Assembly: GCA_963796055.1 (NCBI GenBank)
Contig: CAWCKH010000003.1
Coordinates: forward strand, 544,001-608,000
Direction of reading: 5' to 3'
Source of the DNA: an uncultured delta proteobacterium
GTDB taxonomy: Bacteria; Myxococcota; Myxococcia; Myxococcales; Myxococcaceae
Length of the DNA stretch: 64,000 nucleotides
The notes under the pieces: model-generated
What the model was told of the DNA's origin: nothing
The model's database searches: none
What the model saw: only the letters and a program-made list of their open reading frames with translations
In this document: positions 17,647 to 26,433 of the stretch, one piece after another
Layout: the number at the start of each line of letters is the position of its first letter
Numbering within the stretch: the first letter of the stretch is position 1
Program-made: the position numbers and the translations under genes

Positions 17647-18305
17647 ATGCGCATCTTCACCCCACTCTTCACCACGGTGCTGCTCGGATGTGGAACGAAC
17701 GGACCACAGGCTCCCGAGACCGCGTCGCAGGAGCTCCGGCATCAGGGAGAAGACTCCAATCCCAACCCGATGCTCTTTCCCAAGGATGCGCGGCCCTACG
17801 GACGAAGCATCGACCGGTGGAGCGAGCTGCTCTGGAGCTACATCGGCGGTGCCGGGCAGCAGCCTCGGAACCGACATTTCACGGAGCTGCACCATCCCGC
17901 GGGATCGCGCGATCATGCTGCAGATGTCGTCGGCGCTGAACGACTATCCTTGTCCGGATCCCAACTTTCATCCGGCGCCAGGGCAGTCGCTCTATGATTT
18001 CCTCATCGGGGGCATCTCGCCGCTGTTCGATGGGGAGACTGGCTTCGTGGTCACCCTGGACGGAGTGAACGTCCAGGATCCGCTGAGCTATCGCTTCACC
18101 TCGGACGATGTCTTCGGATTCAAGCCGGATCTCAGCATCCAAGCATTCGACTCGTGTATCACCCAGAAGCACATGCTGGGGGTGGACCGATGGTTTCTAC
18201 CTTCTCTTCAAGCCCATGACGCCAGGCCAGCACACCATCGTCCTCAACGGACACGACATGACCGGCGTGCCGGTCACGCTCACCGAGCACCTGACGATCC
18301 AGTAG
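17647..18305 (+). pseudogene. Secreted or lipoprotein gene broken over three frames
   Basis: MRIFTPLFTTVLLGC...WSELLWSYI (frame A); VPGSSLG...SALNDYPCPDPNFHPAPGQSL...CITQKHMLGV (frame B); DGFYLLFKPMTPGQHTIV...LTIQ* (frame C). Confidence 0.75.
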
Positions 18306-18312
18306 GCCGGCC

Positions 18313-18367
18313 GGCCAAGGGCTCGGCGCTTCAAGCCGGGAAAACTGGCTCGAATCCGGTCGAGAAC
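18313..18367 (+). pseudogene. Degenerate tRNA-Glu(TTC)-like 3' fragment
   Basis: GGCCAAGG (D-loop-like); stem-loop CTCGGC-GCTTCAA-GCCGGG; T-arm-like ACTGG-CTCGAAT-CCGGT; CGAGAAC; no 5' acceptor strand. Confidence 0.5.
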
Positions 18368-18695
18368 AGATCGTTGGGCCCAGCGGCCCGTCGCAGGCGA
18401 GCATCTGCTCCGGGGGCACAGGCCGGGCGACCGCCGAGCCGGGCGAGGACCTTCTCGGCAGCGACGTACTCCGCCACCGCTCGCAGCTCCGCGCCTGGCG
18501 CCTCGAGGGGACCCGGGGCGTCTCGACGACCACCGCACTGCGGGAATGAATTCGACCGCTGCTGTCCGATCCAGTCTTCGCATGCCCAGGCTCACGTAGC
18601 AGCCCTCTTGCCAACCACGCTCCCGGACTCGACATCGGTCGCGGAGAGGTATTCACTTCCCGCCGCGCGGCGTGCGGCCGCCGAGGAGAGACGTC

Positions 18696-19016
18696 ATGCC
18701 CAAGTTCCTGATCAAGGCGAGTTACACGACGGAAGGCGTCAAGGGGCTGCTCAAGGACGGCGGTTCGGGCCGGCGCAACGCGGTCGAGAAGATGGTCAAG
18801 AGCGCGGGCGGGAAGCTGGACGGCGTCTGGTTCGCGTTCGGCGATGACGACGTCTTCGTGCTTGGTGACCTGCCCGACAACGCGAGCGCGGCCGCCGTCA
18901 GCCTGGCGGTGTCCGCGAGCGGCGCTGTGCGCTGCAGCACGACCCCACTCCTCACCATCGAGGAGATGGACGCGGCGACGAAGAAGTCGGTCGACTACCG
19001 CAAGCCCGGCGCCTGA
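18696..19016 (+). CDS. GYD domain protein
   Basis: MPKFLIKASYTTEGVKGLLKDGGSGRR, WFAFGDDDVFV and TTPLLTIEEMD; GAGGAG RBS. Confidence 0.9.
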   Translation: MPKFLIKASYTTEGVKGLLKDGGSGRRNAVEKMVKSAGGKLDGVWFAFGDDDVFVLGDLPDNASAAAVSLAVSASGAVRCSTTPLLTIEEMDAATKKSVDYRKPGA

Positions 19017-19177
19017 GGACGCCCGCCAGCGCGAGACGCTGGCCTGAGCCGAGGCGCTGACCACCAGCTGGCTGCTGCCGGCCAAGTGGCCGAACTCGGT
19101 TGGCGCGTCGCGAACCCTCCGGATAGAGACGCAAAGACATCGCGAAACCCTGATCGGGGTCGAGAGGTCCAACGTCC

Positions 19178-20575
19178 GTGCCCACAGACCGCTCCCGGAG
19201 ACCTGATTCCACTCCAGGTGCGACAGGCGCGGCCACACAGTCTCTGCCCTGGCTTGACCGCCTGCTCCGCCCCTTCGCCGACGTGCGGGCCGGTGAAGCG
19301 GTCACCGCCCTCGTCCTCGCCGCGACCATCTTCCTGCTGCTGACGGCCTACTACCTGCTCAAGGTCATCCGCGAACCGCTCATCCTCCTCGGCGGTGGGG
19401 CAGAGGTGAAGGCCTATGCCGCGGCGGGTCAGGCGCTGCTGCTCCTCCCCGTCCTCCGTGCCCACGGCGCCATCGCCCGGCGGGTGAACCGGCTGACGCT
19501 CATCGCCGCGGTGCTGCTGTTCGTCGCCTCCAACCTCCTGGTCTTCTCGCTGCTGCTCCGCGCCAACGTCCCCATCGGGCTGCCGTTCTATCTGTGGGTG
19601 GGCACGTTCAATTACCTCCTGGTGGCGACGTTCTGGAGCTTCGCCAACGACGTGTACACGCCGGAGCAGGGGAAGCGGCTGTTCGCCATCGTCGGGATCG
19701 GGAGCTCCGTCGGGGCTCTGGCCGGCGCGGCGCTGGCGAGCTTCCTGCTGCGCCATCTGGCGCCGTTGCATCTGATGCTGGCCTCGGCCGCGCTGCTCGC
19801 CGCGGCGCTGGTTCCCTTCGCCTGGGTCAACGCGCAGCGGCGGTGCTGTCCGAAGGACCGCGGACGCGAGGCGCACCGGGACGAGCCGCTGACCGGAGCG
19901 GGCGGGTTCCAGGCTCTCCTCCAGGACCGGTATCTGCTCCTGATCGGTCTGATCACCATCCTCGCCAACTGGGTGACCAACTCCGGCGAGTACGTCCTGG
20001 ACAAGACGCTGATCGAGGTGGCGCACGCCAGCGCTTTCAGCGCCGCAGACGCCGGCCGCTTCGTCGGTCAGTTCAAGGCCCAGTACTTCTGGTGGGTCAA
20101 CGTCCTGGCCGTCGTGGGGCAGTTCTTCGTGGTCTCGCGCGTCCTGAAGTACCTGGGCGTGGGCGGCGCGCTGCTGGTGCTCCCCCTGGTGTCCATGGCC
20201 GGCGCGACCACCATCGTCCTCTTCCCCGTTCTGGCGCTCATCCGGACGGCGAAGATCGCGGAGAAGGGCGTCGAGTACTCCCTCGAGACCACGGCGGTGA
20301 ACGCGCTCTACCTCGTGGTCTCCCGAGACGCGAAGTACAAGGCGAAAGCGGTGATCGACACCTTTCTGGTCCGCGCCGGGGACGTCTGCGCCGCCGCTTC
20401 CATCTGGATCGGGACCCACCTCGGGGTCAGGACCTACGGGTTCGCCGCGGTCAATGTCCTGCTGACCGCGATCTGGGTCTTCGTGGCCTGGCAGATCCGC
20501 GCTCTGCACCATGCCCGGACCGGAGCCATCGAGTCGGCCGCGATTCCCGGCGCGGCGCCGGTGGCCTCGGCATGA
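19178..20575 (+). CDS. Npt1/Npt2 (TLC, ATP/ADP translocase-like) MFS nucleotide transporter
   Basis: AYYLLKVIREPLIL, FWSFANDVYTPEQGKRLF and EYSLETTAVNALYL..SRDAKYKAKAVIDTFLVRAGD; about 12 TM. Confidence 0.85.
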   Translation: MPTDRSRRPDSTPGATGAATQSLPWLDRLLRPFADVRAGEAVTALVLAATIFLLLTAYYLLKVIREPLILLGGGAEVKAYAAAGQALLLLPVLRAHGAIARRVNRLTLIAAVLLFVASNLLVFSLLLRANVPIGLPFYLWVGTFNYLLVATFWSFANDVYTPEQGKRLFAIVGIGSSVGALAGAALASFLLRHLAPLHLMLASAALLAAALVPFAWVNAQRRCCPKDRGREAHRDEPLTGAGGFQALLQDRYLLLIGLITILANWVTNSGEYVLDKTLIEVAHASAFSAADAGRFVGQFKAQYFWWVNVLAVVGQFFVVSRVLKYLGVGGALLVLPLVSMAGATTIVLFPVLALIRTAKIAEKGVEYSLETTAVNALYLVVSRDAKYKAKAVIDTFLVRAGDVCAAASIWIGTHLGVRTYGFAAVNVLLTAIWVFVAWQIRALHHARTGAIESAAIPGAAPVASA

Positions 20576-23280
20576 GCGAACCGTCCCAGACGCCCGCGCT
20601 CCCCATGCGCCGGGCTCTCCCCTTCGCCGTGCTGCTCTTCCTCCTGGTGGCGGCGCACGGACTGCTGGAGACCGCGCGCGACGGGCTCTTCCTGACCGAG
20701 CAGCCGGTGACCCGCCTCCCCTGGCTGTACCTCGGGGTCACGGCGGGCGTGCTCGTCCTCACCCCCCTTCAGCGTCGCCTCTGGAGCGGCCATAGCCGCA
20801 TCGCCCTGCCCCTGACCCTGGCCGCCTCCGGAGCGGTGACCCTGGCCTTCTGGCTGGGAACCCGCTCGCACAGCGCGGTGCTCGCGTTCTACGTCTGGAC
20901 CGCGCTGTTCTCCTCGCTGGTCTTCGTCCAGTTCTGGCTCACCGCGGACGAGGCGTTCGGCGTGACCCAGGCCAAGCAGAGCTTCGGGTTCATCGCCGCC
21001 GGGGGGCTGGTGGGGGCCGTCTCCGGGAGTGCGCTGGCCAGGCTGGTGCTCGGCTACGCCGATCCACGGCTGCTGCTGCTGATCTCGGTGGCCCTGACCT
21101 TGGGCGCCGCGGGGCTGGGCTACGCCCTGGTCCGATCCTGCGCCGTCGGCGAGGCCAGCGAGCCGGAGATGACGGTGACCAGCGCGGTCCCCGGCTACAT
21201 GCGCGGCGATCCCTATCTGCGATTGCTGGCAGTCCTGGCCCTCCTGACCGCGGCCAGCGCCACCCTGATCGATTATCTGTTCAAGGCCTCGGTGTCGGCC
21301 GGAGTGTCCCCGGAGCGAATTCCCCGGCTGGTCGCCAACGTGTACCTGGGGCAGAACACGCTCGCGCTGCTGGTCGAGCTGGTGGTGGTGAAGACCCTGC
21401 TGCAGAGCACCGGCGTGACCCGCAGCCTCGCCCTGTTGCCCCTGGTCGTGCTGGGAGGCGCGTCGGGGTATGCGGTGGGCGGCGGCCTGGCGGTCGTGCT
21501 TGGTCTGAAGATCCTCGACGGCGGTCTCCGGCCCTCGCTCTACCGGGTGGGGACCGAGCTGCTCTTCCTTCCCATCGGCGCGGCGGTACGTCGGGTGATC
21601 AAGCCCTCCATCGACACGCTCGGGCAGCGCGGAGGGCAGGCACTGGTCTCGCTGCTTCTCCTCGGCGTGCCGCAGCTTCCGGACCGGGCGCAGATGGGCG
21701 CGGTCACCATTCTCTTGACGACCGTCGCCGTCGCCTGGGTCGGCGCCGCCCGGGTGCTGCGGCGCCATTACCTGAACCGTTTCCAGGAGGAGCTCGGCGC
21801 GGGCCGGGTCCAGATGGAGGGGGTGGGGACCCTGGACCTGGCCTCGGCGGAGATCCTGGTGAACGGGCTCGGCTCGTCCAACACCCGCGAGGTGCTGACC
21901 GCCCTGGACGTGCTCGCCCGTTCCAGGCGGCTCGGTCTGATTCCGGCGCTCATCCTCTATCATCCCGAGCCATCGGTGGTGCGCGCCGCGCTGGCGCACT
22001 TTTCCGGGTCGCGCCGGACGGACGTCGACGCGCTCCTCCCCTTCCTCTTTCGCCATCCCGACGAGGAGGTCCGCGCCGCAGCAGCGGAGCGGTGGCTCGA
22101 GGCGGGGAACACGCCGGAGGAGCTGCGCCGGGCGCTCGAGGACTCCAGCCCCCGGGTCCGTGCCGCGGCACTGGTCGCGCTCTCTTCCATCGACTCCGGC
22201 AAGGACGCACGAGAGGCCATGGCCCGCATCGTCGGCGATGGGCTCCCCGAGGCGCGGCGCGCGCTGGCCTGGGCCATCGCCAACGCCCCCCGCCCGGACC
22301 TGCTCCCGACGGTGGAGGGTCTCTTCCTCCGGGGAGACATCGAGACGCGCCGCGAGCTGCTCCGTGCCGCCCGCGGGTTACCCACCCCTCCGCCGGAGTT
22401 CGTCTCCGGGTTGATCTCCCTCCTTGCCCATCCGGTACTCCGCCCGGGAGTGAGGGAGGCGCTGGTCTCGGTGGGCGCGCCCGCCCGAGAGCAGCTGGAG
22501 GCGCTCCTTCTCGCTCGAGATACGCCCTTTCCAGTCGACCGGGAGCTGCCGGCGACGCTGGCTCGATTCCCTGCAGAAGCGGCGGCTCCCCCGTTGCTCC
22601 GGCGCCTGGTCCAGCCGCGCGGGGGGCTGTCCCGTTTCCGGTCCCTCCGCGCCTTGAACCAGCTCCGCCGCAGCAATCCCCGGCTGGCGCTGGATGAGGC
22701 CGCGCTCACCTCTGCCCTCGAGCTGGAGGTCGCCTCCGTCCTGAAGAACCGAGCGCTCCGGTTGACGGGACTGCGGATGGGCATTACCCCGGAACGGGAG
22801 AACCCCGCGGGGATGCTGCTGCTGGATCTCCTTCTGGACAAGGAGCGCCTGGCCGTCGAGCGCGTCTTCCGCGTGCTCGCGCTGCTCTTCCCCGGTGGAC
22901 GCCTGGAGCAGGTCTATCTCGGGGCGCGCTCGGAGAGCCCGCGGCGGCGCGACGCAGCCCGGGAGGTGCTGGTCGAGCTGCTCCGGGCGCCCTGGCGAGA
23001 GCGGGTGGTGATGCTCCTCGAGCCGGACCAGGTGGATCCCGCGACGGTCCAGCGGCTGCTCGGCCCCCAGCCGACGACCGAGAGCTTCGTCACCGCGCTC
23101 CTCGCCCAGAGCAGCGAGGTGGTCCGGCTCCTGACGCCCTGTCTGGCCCATGCCGAAGGCTGGGTGAGCACGGTGCCCAGGCTTCGCGCCGGTCCGCGCT
23201 GTGGCGATGCGGAGGCCGCGGCCCTCGCCGACCAGGCCATCCAGCAGCTGGAGCGACGGGCGGAGCAGCGCCATGGCTGA
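20572..23280 (+). CDS. Npt/TLC-like MFS transporter fused to HEAT repeats
   Basis: 3' part of ORF 19594..23280; LLETARDGLFL, QFWL..QAKQSFGFI and ELLFLPI..IKPSIDT..QRGG; then repeated HP.PSVVRAAL, HPDEEVRAAA and DSSPRVRAAAL units. Confidence 0.85.
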   Translation: MSEPSQTPALPMRRALPFAVLLFLLVAAHGLLETARDGLFLTEQPVTRLPWLYLGVTAGVLVLTPLQRRLWSGHSRIALPLTLAASGAVTLAFWLGTRSHSAVLAFYVWTALFSSLVFVQFWLTADEAFGVTQAKQSFGFIAAGGLVGAVSGSALARLVLGYADPRLLLLISVALTLGAAGLGYALVRSCAVGEASEPEMTVTSAVPGYMRGDPYLRLLAVLALLTAASATLIDYLFKASVSAGVSPERIPRLVANVYLGQNTLALLVELVVVKTLLQSTGVTRSLALLPLVVLGGASGYAVGGGLAVVLGLKILDGGLRPSLYRVGTELLFLPIGAAVRRVIKPSIDTLGQRGGQALVSLLLLGVPQLPDRAQMGAVTILLTTVAVAWVGAARVLRRHYLNRFQEELGAGRVQMEGVGTLDLASAEILVNGLGSSNTREVLTALDVLARSRRLGLIPALILYHPEPSVVRAALAHFSGSRRTDVDALLPFLFRHPDEEVRAAAAERWLEAGNTPEELRRALEDSSPRVRAAALVALSSIDSGKDAREAMARIVGDGLPEARRALAWAIANAPRPDLLPTVEGLFLRGDIETRRELLRAARGLPTPPPEFVSGLISLLAHPVLRPGVREALVSVGAPAREQLEALLLARDTPFPVDRELPATLARFPAEAAAPPLLRRLVQPRGGLSRFRSLRALNQLRRSNPRLALDEAALTSALELEVASVLKNRALRLTGLRMGITPERENPAGMLLLDLLLDKERLAVERVFRVLALLFPGGRLEQVYLGARSESPRRRDAAREVLVELLRAPWRERVVMLLEPDQVDPATVQRLLGPQPTTESFVTALLAQSSEVVRLLTPCLAHAEGWVSTVPRLRAGPRCGDAEAAALADQAIQQLERRAEQRHG

Positions 23281-24229
23281 GATCGATCCACCCATCCTCG
23301 CCGAGCGCGTGCTCCGGCTGAGCCGCTCCGCACCGTTCGACATGATGGCCGCCGATCAGCTGGCGCTGCTGGCCGCAGCGGGCCGGGAGCAAGCCTTCGC
23401 CGGCCGCACGGTGCTGGTCCACGCCGGAGAACGTTCCTCGGCGCACTTCCTTCCGCTGGCAGGCCGACTGCGGCTCATCTCGGACGGGCGGGAGCTCCCC
23501 TGGCCCCAGCTTCACTCCGGGCTGGGAGCGCTGTCGGTGCTCGGTCGGGGCGTCTTCCCCGCGGACCTGGTGGCCGACCCCGGCACGGTGCTCCTGGTGC
23601 TCGATCAGGACGCCTTGGTCGCGGTCCTCGAGGAGCACGGGCGGCTGAGCCGGGCCGTGCTCCGGGTGCTGGCCTCCAAGCTGCAAACTGTCCGCGGGAT
23701 GATGGCCCCTCGACGGACTCCTCCTCCCGCGGGGGTGAGCGCGCGCCTGGACCTGGTCTCGCGGATGTTGCTCCTCCGCGAGGCTCTGGGTCTCGGCGCG
23801 GACGGGATGGCAGTGGTGGCCCGCCTGGCCCGGGTGGTCCACGCGCGGCGCTTCTCCCCGGGAGCAGCGCTCTGGGCGCCGGACCAGGTGGCGGACCTGG
23901 TCATCGTCGTCGAGGGCAGCCTCCGGCTCCACGGGAACGGGGCAGCAGAGCGGAACACCGAGCGGGGGGAGGCCCTGGGCCTGGTGGAGTCGGTGGCCGG
24001 CGTGCCGATGGAGGAGCAAGCGAAGGCCGTCGAGGAGACGACCGCGGTCGTCCTCAGTCACCCCGAGCTGACCGAGGCCATCGACGACGACGACCCGCTG
24101 TGCTTCGAGCTCATCCGCAGCTTTGCCGCGCAGATCTGGGCCGTGGTTCTCGCCGCGGAAGCGAGAGGCACCCCGTTCACCACCGTCGGCGCACCGGGGA
24201 GACCGCCGGCTACGACGTTGGCAGGATAA
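23273..24229 (+). CDS. Tandem cyclic-nucleotide-binding (cNMP/Crp-like) domain protein without HTH
   Basis: ERVLRLSRSAPF..QLALLA and a second repeat SRMLLLRE..LVIVVEGSLRL..GEALGLVES. Confidence 0.7.
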   Translation: MAEIDPPILAERVLRLSRSAPFDMMAADQLALLAAAGREQAFAGRTVLVHAGERSSAHFLPLAGRLRLISDGRELPWPQLHSGLGALSVLGRGVFPADLVADPGTVLLVLDQDALVAVLEEHGRLSRAVLRVLASKLQTVRGMMAPRRTPPPAGVSARLDLVSRMLLLREALGLGADGMAVVARLARVVHARRFSPGAALWAPDQVADLVIVVEGSLRLHGNGAAERNTERGEALGLVESVAGVPMEEQAKAVEETTAVVLSHPELTEAIDDDDPLCFELIRSFAAQIWAVVLAAEARGTPFTTVGAPGRPPATTLAG

Positions 24230-24284
24230 GGATCGACAGAGCACACCTCCGGGGCTGGTCCCGGGGCCACCGCGGAGCGAGCAC

Positions 24285-25760
24285 ATGCGGCCGAACATCT
24301 GCCTCCGGGTCTCTCGATCCTCCGGCCCGAGATGGGTGGGGCTCATGCTGGGCCTCGTCGTGGCCGAGGTGGCGCGGGCCGCCGAGGGTGCCGACGCAGG
24401 GACTCCGGTCGCGCCGGGCATCGCTGCCGCACCGGATGGCGGGGTTCCTCAGGCCGAGGTCCTGGCGCCGGACGGTGGGAGCAGCGAAGCGGCGCAAGAC
24501 GCTCCCCGGCGCGAGCGCGCGGACTTTCGAGGGCAGTCCGATCCGCCGCCGACGACGGGGGACGTGCTGATCTGGGTTCCCCGGGTGATCCTCCTCCCCG
24601 CCTATCTGGTCACCGAGTACGTCGTCCGGGTCCCCCTCGGCGCGCTGTCCACCACCGCGGAGAAGAACGACTGGCCGCAGTGGCTGTTCAACTTCTTCGC
24701 CTTCGGCCCCGAGCACCGGGGCGGCATCTTCCCCACCTTCTTCCTCGATTTCGGGCTGCGTCCGAGCATCGGGCTGCACTTCTGGTGGAACGACACCTTC
24801 GTCCAGAACAACAAGCTCACCGCCAATGCCTCGTGGGGCGGATCGAACTGGATCACCCTGGCGGTCGGGGATCGCTACACCTTCGACGAGAAGAACTCGA
24901 TCGCCATCGGAGCCCGATGGGCCCGACGGCCGGACAACCTGTATTACGGCATCGGGCCGGAGATCGACACCGACCTCCGCACCCGCTACGGCACCGACCT
25001 CATCTCGGGGGGCATCGAGTACGTCCACTCCCAGCGGGGCCTGGAGTTCAAGGTCGGGGCCCGCCTGGACCGGACCGTCTTCCGGAGCTACTCGTGCTGC
25101 AGCGATCCGACCCTGGCGCAGAGGGTGGAGCGAGGAGAGCTGCCCGCTCCTCCGGGATTCGAGGAGAACACCACCGCCGCCTCCATTCCCTTCCGGGTGG
25201 TCCTCGACACCCGTCCACCCGGGCCGATGCACCGGAGCGGCATCCGCACCGGCCTGGAGGTGGCCCCGGCCGTGGACGTGACCCGCGGGTTCGATCGCTC
25301 CTGGCTTCTCTACGGAGCGACGGTCCAGGGGTTCTGGGACATGACCGGCACCGGCCGGGTGCTCGGGCTCGGAGCATGGGCGGCCTTCGTCGACCCCCTG
25401 GGGAGTCAGCCAGTCCCGTTCACCAACTACGTGACGCTCGGAGGCGCTGACCCGTTTGCCGGATTCGTCACCGGGTCTCTGCGCGACCGGAGTGCCGTGG
25501 CGCTGCAGCTCTCCTACAACTGGCCGGTCTTCGTCTTCCTCGACGGAGTCGCCGCGGTCTCGTTCGGGAACGTCTTCGACGCGCATCTCCGAAACTTCGA
25601 CTTCGACCTGCTTCGCATGTCGGCAGAGCTCGGGGTCCGGACCCGAGGATCGGGCACCAGCTCGTTCCAGCTCATCATCGGGGTAGGCACGGAGACGTTC
25701 CGCCAGGGCTTCGCGCTGGCCACCTTCCGCTTCTCCTTCGGGGTCACCTATGGGCTCTAG
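24285..25760 (+). CDS. Omp85/BamA-TamA-like outer-membrane beta-barrel protein
   Basis: Signal peptide, alternating aromatic beta-strands, YYGIGP, TLGG..FAGF..GSLRDRSA (resembles the Omp85 L6 motif) and terminal FRFSFGVTYGL. Confidence 0.7.
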   Translation: MRPNICLRVSRSSGPRWVGLMLGLVVAEVARAAEGADAGTPVAPGIAAAPDGGVPQAEVLAPDGGSSEAAQDAPRRERADFRGQSDPPPTTGDVLIWVPRVILLPAYLVTEYVVRVPLGALSTTAEKNDWPQWLFNFFAFGPEHRGGIFPTFFLDFGLRPSIGLHFWWNDTFVQNNKLTANASWGGSNWITLAVGDRYTFDEKNSIAIGARWARRPDNLYYGIGPEIDTDLRTRYGTDLISGGIEYVHSQRGLEFKVGARLDRTVFRSYSCCSDPTLAQRVERGELPAPPGFEENTTAASIPFRVVLDTRPPGPMHRSGIRTGLEVAPAVDVTRGFDRSWLLYGATVQGFWDMTGTGRVLGLGAWAAFVDPLGSQPVPFTNYVTLGGADPFAGFVTGSLRDRSAVALQLSYNWPVFVFLDGVAAVSFGNVFDAHLRNFDFDLLRMSAELGVRTRGSGTSSFQLIIGVGTETFRQGFALATFRFSFGVTYGL

Positions 25761-26433
25761 AGAGCAGGATGTCACGCAGCCCCAGCACCCAGGCCAGCGA
25801 GGCGAGCCAGGCGCCGAGAACGTCGGTGGGGTGATGCACGCCCAGATACAGCCGCGAACCGCTGATCACCGCGGTGAAGGCCGCTCCGCCGAGGATCGCC
25901 ACCCATCGGTAGCGCGTGTTCCAGGCGAGCACGGCCACCGAGACCGCGAGCGCCATCGAGCCCATGGCGTGGCCGCTGGGGAAGCTGAAGCTCGTCTCCG
26001 GGGCGGGAGAGGGCCAGAGCACGGGGCGATCGCGTCCGAAGAGCCGCTTGGTCGCATCGCTCAGCAACCACGACCCGAGCATCGAGAAGGCGAAGAAGGA
26101 GAACCGCGCCGCCTCCCGTCGGATGAGCAGCCACAGCGCCAGGAGCACCGAGACGGGAATCACTCCGTACCAGGTGCCGACCCGCGAGGCGGTCAGCATC
26201 ACCCGGTCGGCCAGCGGGGAGGAATGGGCGTGGAGCCAGGTGAGCACCGCCACATCCCAGGGGGGTGGCTGGCGGTGAACCACCTCCCGCGCCAGGATGG
26301 CGAAGAAGCAGAGCGGGACCAGCACCCCCAGGAACAGGGCGAGGATTCGCCGCCGATGGCGGTTGAGCAGCTGGCCCAGGAAGTCCAGGAAGCGGCGACT
26401 CCCGGTCGCGGCCGGAGAATGCGAGGCATCCAC
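25744..26433 (-). CDS. PAP2 family membrane phosphatase (undecaprenyl-PP phosphatase-like); start approximate
   Basis: KRLFGRDRP, SFPSGHAM and SRLYLGVHHPTDVLGAW. Confidence 0.9.
   Translation of the reverse strand: MDASHSPAATGSRRFLDFLGQLLNRHRRRILALFLGVLVPLCFFAILAREVVHRQPPPWDVAVLTWLHAHSSPLADRVMLTASRVGTWYGVIPVSVLLALWLLIRREAARFSFFAFSMLGSWLLSDATKRLFGRDRPVLWPSPAPETSFSFPSGHAMGSMALAVSVAVLAWNTRYRWVAILGGAAFTAVISGSRLYLGVHHPTDVLGAWLASLAWVLGLRDILLSRAHR

Larger units (their letters stand above)
8222..18370. mobile_element. Decayed tRNA-anchored genomic island mosaic (right boundary uncertain)
   Basis: Starts at the tRNA 3' end; three integrase fragments, a TA pair, several truncated or frameshifted genes, visibly more A/T-rich codons and a tRNA-like relic at 18313-18367. 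Confidence 0.65.

Noticed and set aside
8222..19100. attR direct repeat of the tRNA-Arg 3' end
   Set aside because: No second copy of GGTTCGAATCCAGTATCGCGC was found by eye; 18344-18360 is similar, but its context fits tRNA-Glu better
25750..26418. N-terminal extension of the 776-aa ORF
   Set aside because: It is the antisense of the PAP2 gene; a signal peptide begins at 26419
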